Made by a program: the position numbers and the translations under genes
The notes under the pieces: model-generated
Told to the model about the DNA's origin: nothing
Seen by the model: only the letters and a program-made list of their open reading frames with translations
Databases searched by the model: none
NCBI RefSeq assembly: GCF_001194135.2
Contig: NC_068999.1
Span: 3,898,095-3,941,779 of the forward strand
DNA length: 43,685 nucleotides
Direction: 5' to 3'
Source: Octopus bimaculoides
Lineage: Eukaryota
Shown: positions 26,001 to 35,600 of the stretch, one piece after another
Position numbering within the stretch: position 1 is the first letter of the stretch
Layout: every line of letters starts with the position of its first letter

Positions 26001-27010
26001 TCAGCATCATGGGACCTAAAGGTAAGTCTTGACGTTTTTCCAAATATGAGGCTGGTGCAGCCTTCTGGCTCACCAGTCCTCAGTCAAACCGTCCAACCCA
26101 TGCCAGCATGGAAAGCGGAGGTTAAACGACGATGAAGATGATGACATGTATGTGTGTGTGTGTGTGTGTGTAGAGCATGAGATGTATGTGTGTATATAGA
26201 ACATGTGGCATAGGTGTTAGTGGAACATGTGGGACAAGTATGTATGTGGGTATCTGGGAGGCATATAGTGTATATATGTGTGTATGTTCACATGTAGAAG
26301 ATGTGGAGTGTGTGTCTGTGGAACATGTATGTGTATGTATACAGGTGTCTATAGAACATATTGGGTATGTATATGTGTGGAGCATAAGATGTATGTATGT
26401 TTGTGTGTAGAACATGTGGAGTGCATGTCTGTGGAACATGTATGTGCCTGTGTGTATGCGATGTATGTAGACAACAGGTAGTCTATGTCAAACCCATGTC
26501 AGCATGGGTATGACAGCTGTCATGAAGTCTCTCACTTGTCACCTTCATTAGTTGGCAATCACACCAACAAAGATGAAACCAGCCATATTTGTTTTTCACT
26601 TTTACATCTAGAATTAAAACCCTGATTAAAGAAGTAATCACACTCAGTGCGGTGCTCCAGCATGGCCATAGACATACTCACAAAAACAAATTAAAAAACT
26701 AAAAAATGCTTTTGTGTAAACTTGTGTTAATATTATTTACCAAATTCTACCTGTTTTCTTAACTTTGGTCATTCCAGGCGCCTTCAAGACAGAAATGCAT
26801 CGCAACAGTCATGCAGACAAGATCTTCACCTGTTCTTACAGACCAATCGAGGCCGGAGTTTACACGATTCACGTGAAATGGTCAGGAGTCAATGTTTCTG
26901 GGAGTCCATTTATTGTTCATCTGGCAGAAACAAGAGAAGAACTGAGCCGCATGTTATTCGAAAGGATTTCTATGACACACGAGCCACGGTACCCAGACAC
27001 CTTATATTAA
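7793..27010 (+). CDS. jbug: Filamin-family gene, jitterbug/fln-2-like, ~880-910 aa, ~8 filamin Ig repeats, no CH actin-binding domain (gene span, spliced)
   Basis: 15 GT-AG exons join in frame: 7793-7861, 8828-9118, 9869-9989, 10893-11024, 11320-11493, 14959-15132, 15538-15681, 16372-16497, 17381-17548, 17855-17959, 18593-18874, 20020-20316, 24919-25068, 25854-26021, 26778-27010 (2634 nt incl. stop). Recurrent filamin motifs AGxG, Y/F-x-P-x-E-x-G, (W/Y)xG...GSPF/Y. The C-terminus ([12 protein letters not shown]...[21 protein letters not shown]...[17 protein letters not shown]) resembles the recalled end of Drosophila Jbug. Filamin family is near certain; the jbug subtype is less so. Confidence 0.88.
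8828..9118 (+). CDS. Filamin-like exon, Ser-rich N-terminal region (VNRARSH...GIIFDRT)
   Basis: ttcacag| acceptor, |gtaagt donor, 97 open codons, phase 0-0. Confidence 0.8.
9869..9989 (+). CDS. Filamin-like exon ([20 protein letters not shown]...FDASEI)
   Basis: gacag| and |gtaaga; phase 0-1; filamin-type V-x-A-x-SPSG segment. Confidence 0.85.
10893..11024 (+). CDS. Filamin-like exon ([12 protein letters not shown]...[22 protein letters not shown])
   Basis: tttacag| and |gtgagt; phase 1-1; not in ORF track, read by hand; DPxKVRVxG repeat start. Confidence 0.88.
11320..11493 (+). CDS. Filamin-like exon ([15 protein letters not shown]...[21 protein letters not shown])
   Basis: ctcacag| and |gtaaga; phase 1-1; AGPG and PGTYxVxVxYNG motifs. 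Confidence 0.92.
12470..12585. repeat. ~38-bp tandem repeat x3, followed by a long degenerate TAACTACTGTC-type array to ~13400
   Basis: tggtgttagtta(t) recurs at ~12492, ~12529 and ~12567. Confidence 0.7.
13698..14417. other. Assembly gap (N run) inside a filamin intron
   Basis: Other gaps: 2069-2347, 3432-3775, 6783-7678, 11824-11965. Most abut microsatellites. Confidence 1.
14418..14517. repeat. (AAG)~33 microsatellite abutting an N-gap
   Basis: Direct inspection. Many other (AC)n, (AT)n, (CT)n, (ATAC)n and (CTGT)n arrays occur throughout. Confidence 0.98.
14533..14722 (-). mobile_element. tRNA-headed SINE family A
   Basis: Minus strand has A-box (GCAGAATCGTTAG) and B-box-like GAGTTTAAATTCC, then the TTTCACCCTTTCGGCGTCGATAAATTAAGTACCAG core. 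Confidence 0.85.
14755..14925. repeat. 15-bp minisatellite (TAATGTTGATAATTA-like)
   Basis: Repeated taatgttgataa units in two clusters. Confidence 0.8.
14959..15132 (+). CDS. Filamin-like exon ([12 protein letters not shown]...[21 protein letters not shown])
   Basis: taaacag| and |gtaaga; phase 1-1. Confidence 0.92.
15538..15681 (+). CDS. Filamin-like exon ([21 protein letters not shown]...GNLSVQIK)
   Basis: ttgtag| and |gttagc; phase 1-1; SPF and YGDGL motifs. Confidence 0.9.
16372..16497 (+). CDS. Filamin-like exon ([10 protein letters not shown]...[21 protein letters not shown])
   Basis: attccag| and |gtaaca; phase 1-1. Confidence 0.9.
17381..17548 (+). CDS. Filamin-like exon ([16 protein letters not shown]...HTRDAGP)
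   Basis: ttttcag| and |gtaagg; phase 1-1. Confidence 0.92.
17855..17959 (+). CDS. Filamin-like exon ([16 protein letters not shown]...SFTPREE)
   Basis: atttcag| and |gtaggt; phase 1-1. Confidence 0.92.
18593..18874 (+). CDS. Filamin-like exon with Ser/Pro linker ([19 protein letters not shown]...[15 protein letters not shown]...DADY)
   Basis: atttcag| and |gtaagt; phase 1-1. Confidence 0.92.
18981..19245. repeat. Minisatellite, ~24-bp unit built from 8-bp CAATGACC subunits
   Basis: acaatgacccaatgaccttgtggc repeated about 9 times with decay. Confidence 0.85.
19818..19881. repeat. 32-bp tandem duplication
   Basis: caggtccacatcatttaata(t/c)ggtatatcatt x2. Confidence 0.9.
20020..20316 (+). 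CDS. Filamin-like exon (GEPYAKLTG...[13 protein letters not shown]...PQDSGM)
   Basis: tttccag| and |gtaagc; phase 1-1. Confidence 0.92.
21809..22286. repeat. Long inverted repeat (foldback), ~225-bp arms, 29-nt spacer
   Basis: Arm 21809-22033 is the reverse complement of 22063-22286 with scattered mismatches and one more divergent patch. Confidence 0.95.
24919..25068 (+). CDS. Filamin-like exon ([12 protein letters not shown]...[21 protein letters not shown])
   Basis: ctaacag| and |gtaaat; phase 1-1. Confidence 0.92.
25393..25650 (+). mobile_element. tRNA-headed SINE family B with internal (TG)n
   Basis: agtggctgtgtggtaagtagcttgct...gggttcagtcccactgcgtggca.cttgggcaagtgtcttctactatag...gccttgtgagtggatttggtaga; same sequence at 34952, 35112 and 43510. 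Confidence 0.85.
25854..26021 (+). CDS. Filamin-like exon (GSPYELDV...[12 protein letters not shown]...[14 protein letters not shown])
   Basis: gtgacag| and |gtaagt; phase 1-1. Confidence 0.93.
26778..27010 (+). CDS. Filamin-like last coding exon ([10 protein letters not shown]...[17 protein letters not shown]...PDTLY*)
   Basis: attccag| acceptor; TAA stop 27008-27010; several AATAAA follow at ~27400-27445. Confidence 0.92.
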
Positions 27011-27784
27011 TAGGGGACCAGATGCACATTGATGGACCCTACATTCTGGAAGAATCCGTGCGAGCTCCTTAAACTACATATTAATTAAAAAGGGATCAAT
27101 GGATGTAAAACATAATTGCAAATACAAATATTGTTATATTTTGATTTTTTTTGTTTTTTAACATTTTCAAATGAAGGGGGGGGGGGAGAATGGCTGTGAG
27201 GTTACATAATTGGACAATATTAATTAATGAGTTTTGAATTAACTACAGCTATTATACAGCACAAGGTACATAACTCTGCTTGCATCAGTTTGTCTGGCTG
27301 ACGAAACAGGTTTCACTTCGTACTTCACAGTTGAGTGGTTAATTGTAGGAATACCAAGCAACTGTGAAAAGAATTTTCCCTGACAAATGGAGAACTATAA
27401 ATAAACCATTCCATTTTTGCATGAAAGAACAAATAAATAAATAAATAACAAAAACAGAAAAATAAAGAAAAGTTGAAAATATTCAAAGAACAAAATTCCA
27501 TTGATATCAGAGGTGAAGATCAAGAGTTCCATCATTACCAATGTTTGATTTGTTTAAATAATTTGGAATAACTTGGAAGTGAATTAATTTTTTGTTGAAT
27601 ATGATTACTAGACATTAATTTACGAGAATTATCTTTGCTGAAATATTTGCTGCTTCTCTTTGCAAATGTTCATTAAATGTTTTATTTACAGAAAAAATCT
27701 CAAAACCAGGATGTTCTTAACTTACCGATTCCAAACCTATTGTCATGTTATAATTTCTGCTTTTGCCTACTAAGATATTATGTA

Positions 27785-28002
27785 TACCAGGGGGCTAAAC
27801 ATAGAGGGGACAGACAAGGACAGACAAAGGGATTAAGTCGATTACATCGACCCCAGTGCTTAACTGGTACTTATTTAATCGACCCCAAAAGGATGAAAGG
27901 CAAAGTCAACCTTGGCGGAATTTGGACTCAGAACGTAACGGCTGACGAAATACCGCTAAGCATTTCGCCCCGCGTGCTAACGATTCTACCAGCTCGCCGC
28001 CG
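27785..28002 (-). mobile_element. tRNA-headed SINE family A, near-intact
   Basis: Minus head GGCGGCGAGCTGGTAGAATCGTTAGCACG...GAGTCCAAATTCCGCC, then TTTGCCTTTCATCCTTTTGGGGTCGATTAAATAAGTACCAG. Confidence 0.88.
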
Positions 28003-28642
28003 TTTAACCGACATATTAAACAAACAACTGATTATTTGGTTAGATATTTAAACAGTTGGCTAACAATAAACAAGTGATATTGAAACGGTGCATGTGTTTA
28101 TTATTATTGGTGCAATGACCCCACCTCACCCCGCCAACACACAAGATATATAATATCTTTAATTAAATAGTCGTACTATTAATTACATAATAGTGCAAGT
28201 AACATATTTAAATAGATTAGTAGGTTTAGATATATAGAGATTTAGATATACAGTACTGTATAATATAACACCTTTAATCGGTGTCATTTACTTAATCAAT
28301 ATCAATCAATTACTCCAGATTGTAGGAAGTGTAATATTTTCATATTTCTGGAAATATTTGAGTTAATTTCTATCAAAAACTATAACAGAGAGAGAGGACA
28401 GAGAACTACACACACACACACACACACACACATACATACATACACACATACAAAGGTCTACACTCACACATACTACCACTTGCACACACACACACATCTA
28501 CACATTCATAGCCTCTCCAGGTAAGTTGCATTTATTTATTCATTTAAAGACAAAAACCAGTTTTATGAGAAAAAATAAACTGAAAAACATGTTTTCTTTA
28601 ACGAGAAGTTAAAAAAAAAATCAAATTCTTTTTTCCTTTGTA

Positions 28643-28677
<35 letters not shown>

Positions 28678-29406
28678 GTAATGTATGTATGGAACCTTGT
28701 ATGTGTATGTATACTTATGTATGTGTGCAATGAGTATATGCATGTATGTAGGGGGCTGAAGGTGAGTGTGTATGTGTATGTGTGTATCTCTATACACACA
28801 TATATATATATATATTGTAGGCTAGTGAGAGGTGGTAAAGTAATGTTTATAACATTCCAAGACACACCTGCACAGGTGAGACTGAAGTGAAGTCTTAAAC
28901 ATAGGTTAAACATCTGCAGAAAGAGCGTGGGAGGGGAGGAGAGGCACCAGGGACCAGTCCTGGATGTCAGCAACAGGCTGGACCCTGCTAAAGGCACCCA
29001 AAGACCTGAAGAAAGAATTAAACTGGGATCTCTATTAGGAATTACAAGGGCTTCTTCCAGTTTCCTTTTATGAAACCCCCATCACAAGGCTTTGGTCAGT
29101 CTAAGGCCAAAGTTGACCCTTTCCTGCCACTGACCACTCATCAGTGAAGTAAAGAATAGAAACACAGCACTTTTATTTGTTTAGTAAAATAAACTGGAGA
29201 AAGTAGAGTCATGTCTTGCTCAAGTCCACGATACAATGACAGTAGTAAGTTTTGATCCCTTGACCTGACCATTACTGCTCCTCATTGACCTCACAACTAC
29301 CCCTCCAGATAAACCATTTGACCTATAGAAAAATAGCTACAAGTTTTAAACAGGTCAGTGTCCAAGTTGGTGTTGTTAAAAAATAATGTCTATGGGGGGT
29401 GGGGGA

Positions 29407-29622
29407 TCAACGTAAAGATTCTTCTTGGGTTTCGACAGTGATGTTGTGGAGGTAACTCTTAGCTTCAGACAGGACGGTTTCTAAGTCGGTGGTGGCCTTC
29501 ATTGTGAGAAAATACATTGGAGGGTCACCAGGTTTGACCTCTTTGCTGATTTTACCCCTTCCTCCACACACCTGGCCCAGGTGTTGTCCAATGGCAGATG
29601 CATTCACTGCTCTATTCCAGTC
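29407..29622 (-). CDS. AARS2: AlaRS last coding exon ([23 protein letters not shown]...QEESLR*)
   Basis: ttgcag| acceptor; CGGRG glycine motif of C-Ala; TGA at 29409-29407; AATAAA on minus at 29177-29172. Confidence 0.85.
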   Translation of the reverse strand, partial: DWNRAVNASAIGQHLGQVCGGRGKISKEVKPGDPPMYFLTMKATTDLETVLSEAKSYLHNITVETQEESLR

Positions 29623-32600
29623 CTGCAACAACAACAACAACAACAACAATAATAATAATGGTTTCGAATTTTGGCACAAGGCCAGCAATTTTAGGCGTGG
29701 GGGAGGGTAAGTCTATTACAAGGACCCCAGTATTCAACCGGTACTTATTCCTATCAACTCCTGAAAGGTAAAAAGCAAAGTCAGCTTCAATGAAATTTCT
29801 GAATATTACTTTAAAATTTTTACAGTTGATTGAAAATAGGTTAAAATGAAAAAAATAATTATTAAAACTCTTTTACTTCAAGTAGAAATGGAAATACTCA
29901 GTGTTCTATAAATAGGACACTGAGACAATGTGATATAGCTTATGTAATGTTCTCATTTCGTGTCCTATTTATAGGACAGTGGGACTTCATGGGTTAAGAA
30001 GTTAAGTAGGGGTGCAAAACTCAAACAGATCGAGGCTGACCCCTTTTATTATTGCAGTGCCTACCAGATGTGAAGATTCCCTTGTCAAAGTTTATCTAAA
30101 AAATACCTAAACAAAACACACAGACACAAACCAAAACACACAAAATGATAACATATGTAATAGTAATAAGGCACATCGAACCACCAGCAGGTGAGGGCCA
30201 CGGCTGAGATTCTGTATAAAGTGCCGGGGTTTAACCCTGCTTTGCTAAGCCAGGGCAGGGGACACAGTTCTCAGTAAGGTATTTCTCAGGGACCTTTCCA
30301 AAGTAATATCCACTTACCCAAACTATACACACATATAGCATCATCATCATTTAATGTCTGTTTTCCATGCTGACATGGGTTGGACAGTTTGACTGAGGAC
30401 TGGTAAATCTGAGAGCTGCACCAGGTTCTGATCTGACTTGGTGTGGTATCTACAGCTGGATGCCCTTCCTAACACCAGCCACTCCGAGAGTGTAGTGGGT
30501 GCTTTTTACGTGATACCGGCATCAGCCATGATTACAATCTCACTTGGCTTGACAGGTCTTCTCAAGCACGGTATATCGCCAACGGTCTCGGTCACCTGAC
30601 ACTGCCTCTGACGAACGTTAAACAATGATGATGATGATGATACATGCACACACATTTATACAAACATTATAAATATGTACATAATACACATTATACACCC
30701 ATAATTTATTATATACACTGACAACACTTAAAATGGGGCACTAACCCATCCGCATTATCACAACCCCTTAATCTACAAAGATCTAAGACAGCTACGGCCA
30801 TTGACCCTTTCTATAAGATTAAAAAAACTCGAAGAAAAAATACTGTTATGCCAAGTGTCTGTTGTGGCCAGTCCACTAAATCCTGGGGCCGTCAACAAGA
30901 AAGATATGACAGGGAGACAGTAACTAAGAAATTAATTAATATACGGAAGATAACTTACCTTTGGTGTAACTACAGCAACTGATAGGTTTTGTTTGAGAGA
31001 AGAAACAGCTACAATTGGGCAGGTAAGATGGAGGTGCCTCAGGGCTTTTCTCACCTGTGGAGAAAGAAGATTGAATGTTGATCTTTTCAGAAACCCTGTA
31101 AGGTCCAATTATCTGTAAATAATATGTGACAATTGAAAAATGCACCAGGCCATTTTTCAATGGCCAGATACCTGAAGAGATGGCAGCATGGGTTTCTGCC
31201 CCGGCATTCGAAACTCAGAGTTTTATCATGGCTACCGAATAATTGTCACATATGATTTACAGTTAAATTCCTCTATTTACATAATATCGAGGTCTCTTTC
31301 ACAAAGCCTTGTGAGTGGATTTGATAAACTCAATCAGGACTCAAGGTGTGAAGAGCTAAATTAAAGATCTTACCTGCCGAGGTCCATCAAAGTCAGTGTG
31401 ACATATAACGTACTGGGCTGACTCTTTCTCATCCAGTCTCTTCTTCATGGCCTGAAAAACAAACAGAAGGGTCCAACATGAGATAATTCCTATTACGTAT
31501 CACACAACTGTGGAATCATGTATCTTCCGTCATACCTCACACATCTTCTATTGTGTATCAAAGAGTTGGATCAAACCTTACATGTCATCTATGATGCACC
31601 ACCATTCATCCAACATCTGCTAACACATTTTATCAGACATTACATTTTCTTCAATCGCACATTGCTTGCTCCAGTCTACTCAGCTGTAAAGGGGGGGGGG
31701 GGACCAGCTGATTGTCGGTGCAGTTCTTTCTCTCCCATCCAGCTGTCACATCTTCAAAGTTCTCCAGTGGTGAAGAATGGTAAGGCCAGCACGGTGCCTA
31801 CCTCTGCCCACAAATACATAAACAGCTAAAACAGCAAAAGTGCCATAAAAGACACAAAGTCAGACTCGTTTGTGAGTGATGCCTAAGCAGTTTCTAATTC
31901 ATACAATACCATTCTCCTCCTCCTCATCATCATTTACCATTTGTTCCCTGCTGGTATGGGTTAGATGGTGTAACAGGAGCTAGCAAGTCAGAGAACTGTG
32001 TGAAGCTCCAGTGTCTGCTTTGGCCTAGTTTCTATGGCTGAATGTCCTTTCTATTGCAAACTATTTCGCAAGAAGTCTATTGAGTGTCTTTTACATGGCA
32101 CTGGCACCAAAGAGGTCACCAAGTAACATGCAAGGCAAGACCCTTCCTCTGAGATGGAGACAGGTGTAATACTGAGGGTGGTGGCTTTGTGCCAGGAGAT
32201 GAGAGATTCATAATATTAGATGCACAATACACGTGCATTGAATACAGTATTTATATACAGTTTAAGGTGCATGGCTCAGTGGTTAGAGCATCAGGCTCAC
32301 AATCATAAGGTAGTGAGTTCAATTCTCAGACAGGACTGTGTGTTGTGTTCTTGAGCAAGACACTTTATTTCACATTTCTCCAGTTCACTCAACTGTAGAA
32401 ATGGGTTGCAACGTCACTGGTGCCAAACTGTATTGGCCCCTTTGCCTTTCCCTTGGACAACATTGGTGGCATGGAGAGGGGAAGCTAGTATGCATGGACG
32501 ACTAATGGTCTTCCATAAACAATCTAGCCTGGACTTTCTAGGTGTAGTCCCATGGTCATTCAAGACTGAAGGGGGTCTTTACCTTTTGTATACAAAGTAT

Positions 32601-35600
32601 CAAATGAAACACACACACATACACACAATATCAAACCTGAACTCACCATAGCAAGATCTGAACTGGCATCTGCATTCCTTATCTGTCGGATTTTCTCTTG
32701 TAATAAGGTGACGTTGGTCTTTAGTCTGTCACGACTCACCTTGGGTAGGAGTTGTTGACCCAACATCTGGGGGTAAAAAACATCGATTTATTTATTCATT
32801 TGAGATGATTAAACAAAAAGATACAATCTAGGTGAATATAATTTGTGTATTAAATTTTTTGGGGAAGGGAGGATTGATTAGATCGAATCCAGTGTACAAC
32901 TGGTACTTAATTTATCGACCCCGAAAGGGTGAAAGGCAAAGTTGACCTTGGCAGAATTTGAACTCAGAAGGTTAAGACAGATGAAATACCACTACGCATT
33001 TCGCCCAGCTAACATTTCTGCCAGCTTGCTGTCTTTATTTCTAGAGAAATATGGTAAGAAAAAGGTGCCATAGATTACTTTTCATCATCACCATTGTTTA
33101 ATGTCTGTTTTCCAAGCTGGCATGGGTTGGACGGTTTGATAAGAGAAGGCCAGCCAGGGAGCTGTCCAGACTCCAACTGGATGCCCTTCCTAATCCCAAC
33201 TACTTTACAGAGTGTGTTGGGTGCTATTTACATGCCGTCAGCACAGGTGCATTTATGCATCACTGACATGAATGCATTTTATGTGGCACCAGCACCTGTA
33301 AAAGACAAGTGTGCATGTATGGATAACAATAATGGTGATATCACAAGAACCAAACGAAATGCTATTATCTACAGTAAAGTTTGTAGACTGCAATAATTGT
33401 CTCCTATGTTGCAGGTCTACCTTGGTATCTAGGGTACCACATACACAAACTTACTGCATAGATCGTCTTTAACTGCCGCTCCAAACTTTCTCCAGCTTCT
33501 TTCATTCCAAGAGACATCTTTAACTGTTCGAAGAGTTTCTGAATTTCAGATAAGTTCTTGATGGCCTACAAAAAGAAACAAAACAACTCAACTGTTTTAT
33601 GCCCTTCATCACAAACAAATCATTGTTAAAAGGTACCAATGCACCCTAAATGCTTCACACAACTTCATGCTGGCCAACAAACACACCCAACTCCAAAGAG
33701 GTGCCACAAAGAACCACATAAGTAATGGTCTAAGAGGTGCAGTATACTTTAAATGTGAGTGACCGTTAGCCAGGCACCAGAATATAACAATGTTGAAATT
33801 TTAACCACCAACATCTCTGGCAAAAAGCATCACAAGGTGAGATTTCCTTGTCCTCATAAATTCTACAAAATACTCAATTCAGTAACTTCTTATCTCTAAT
33901 AGAGCTTAACTTAACTATTCTTTTTCCACACAGCTGTCACCTCTGAGTAATTAGTACTTTAGTAATATTATTAAATTAAATATGCAAATTTTCCACACCT
34001 TCTTATGTATAATATTGTACATCTAATTAGTGAGTCGCTTACTGGTATTTCAGTAAATACAACAATGTCTATACATAGCTGAAAAGTTCTAATAATATTG
34101 AACCATATCAGAGTTATCTCCCCAAATTCTTGAAATGGCTTCAATATTATTCATTGAGCTTCATATATTTTCCATAACTACATAATCATTTCTAATTAGA
34201 TCTTTGATGTTTTACTAACATAATTATTTGTATGGTGTGAACAAAAATATCAAAAATTTCAAAAAGATCTTTCCAGACAATTAAATATTTCTTTCCTCTG
34301 ATCCAATCCAACATCAACCACCCATTGCCCTCCTCAAATACTTCCAAGTTACCTTCATTACAGAAGACCAGAAATAGTTTACTCACATCATCAGCCAGTC
34401 TTCCTGTAACACACGTCATTCGTTTAGTGCTGTGTGATACACCTGAGAAGTTGGTGATGATAAACTGGCCGATATCACTTGTGTTGTGGACATGTCTGTG
34501 AAGACGAGAATGAAGGAAATGTAAAGGGACAGAAAGAAAATGGTAAAATAACAAAGAGAGCTATTTGTCAGAATTTCTGATGAAAACCAGTGGGTCTTTA
34601 TAGGGAATATTATTTTGCTGTTTGTGCAAGTGAACTAGTAGAACCACTTTCGCTGAAAGGGGTGGAGGGGAAACTACTATTTAGCAGTGGGTAAAGGACA
34701 GGCCCATAGCCTTTGTGGGTAAACAAGGAATGTAAATTAAAACTCTTTGACTCACGTGCCGGTACAGAGTTCCTGTGAATATTTAGATTGTTCAGAAGGG
34801 GGAATTGACCTCAGCTCATTGATGGGTAGCCCCACACTGATTAGGTAGACATAGTCAGGGTAAATCTGAAATGGAGAAATTATATATGAAGGCCAACTGA
34901 GACAGAGAAGGGAGGGGGGATTTTAGACATGTTAAACCAGAGAAAAATTGTGGTGTGGCTGTGTGGTTAAGAAGTTTGTTTCTCATCCACATGGGTGTAG
35001 GCTCAATCCCACTGCGTGGCACCTTGGGCGAGTTTCTTCTTCTGTAGCCTCGTCAGTGGATTTGGTAGACAGAAACTGAAAGAAGCCTGTCATGTGTGTG
35101 TGTGTGTGTGCAGGAGTGGGTGCATGGTAAGAAGGTTGCTTCCCAACCACATGGTTCCAGGTTCAGTCCCACTGCGTGGCACCTCGGGCAAGTGTCTTCT
35201 TCTAAAGCCCCAGGCCAACCAAAGCCTTGTGAGTGGATATGGTTGATGGAAACACATATAATCATATATTCATCTGATGGAAACAACTTTTTTCTAACGA
35301 TGTAATGTCTCCATTAATCAATTAAGATCATGAGCCAAACACCTTAACCACTAAGCCACTTTCCTTTACACACACACACACACACACAAAAAGGGAATCC
35401 CCATAGAAGGAATACTTCTGTTGATAGGTTTAGTGTCCCAGGGTTGACCAGTGGCTTAAACAACACCAACCAATGAAGTTGCCTGACCAATGAAAACAAA
35501 CCAAATGTGACCTACTTCGTTGGGGTTGTAGGTGACACAGTCCAGTGCCATAACTTCTGTTTTTCTAAGTTCTTGCCTGTAGACTGGCAACTGTTGCCTG

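Noticed and set aside
32265-32340. tRNA-like sequences (also ~17020, ~39900 minus, SINE A and B heads)
   Set aside because: A and B boxes are present, but acceptor and anticodon stems do not close and each continues into a SINE body or is decayed; not tRNA genes.
23-33030. All SINE-A head/core copies lie on the minus strand
   Set aside because: Only about 7 copies, spread over two oppositely transcribed genes, and apparent plus-strand tail fragments exist (~9290-9360, ~26645-26700); not a supportable bias.
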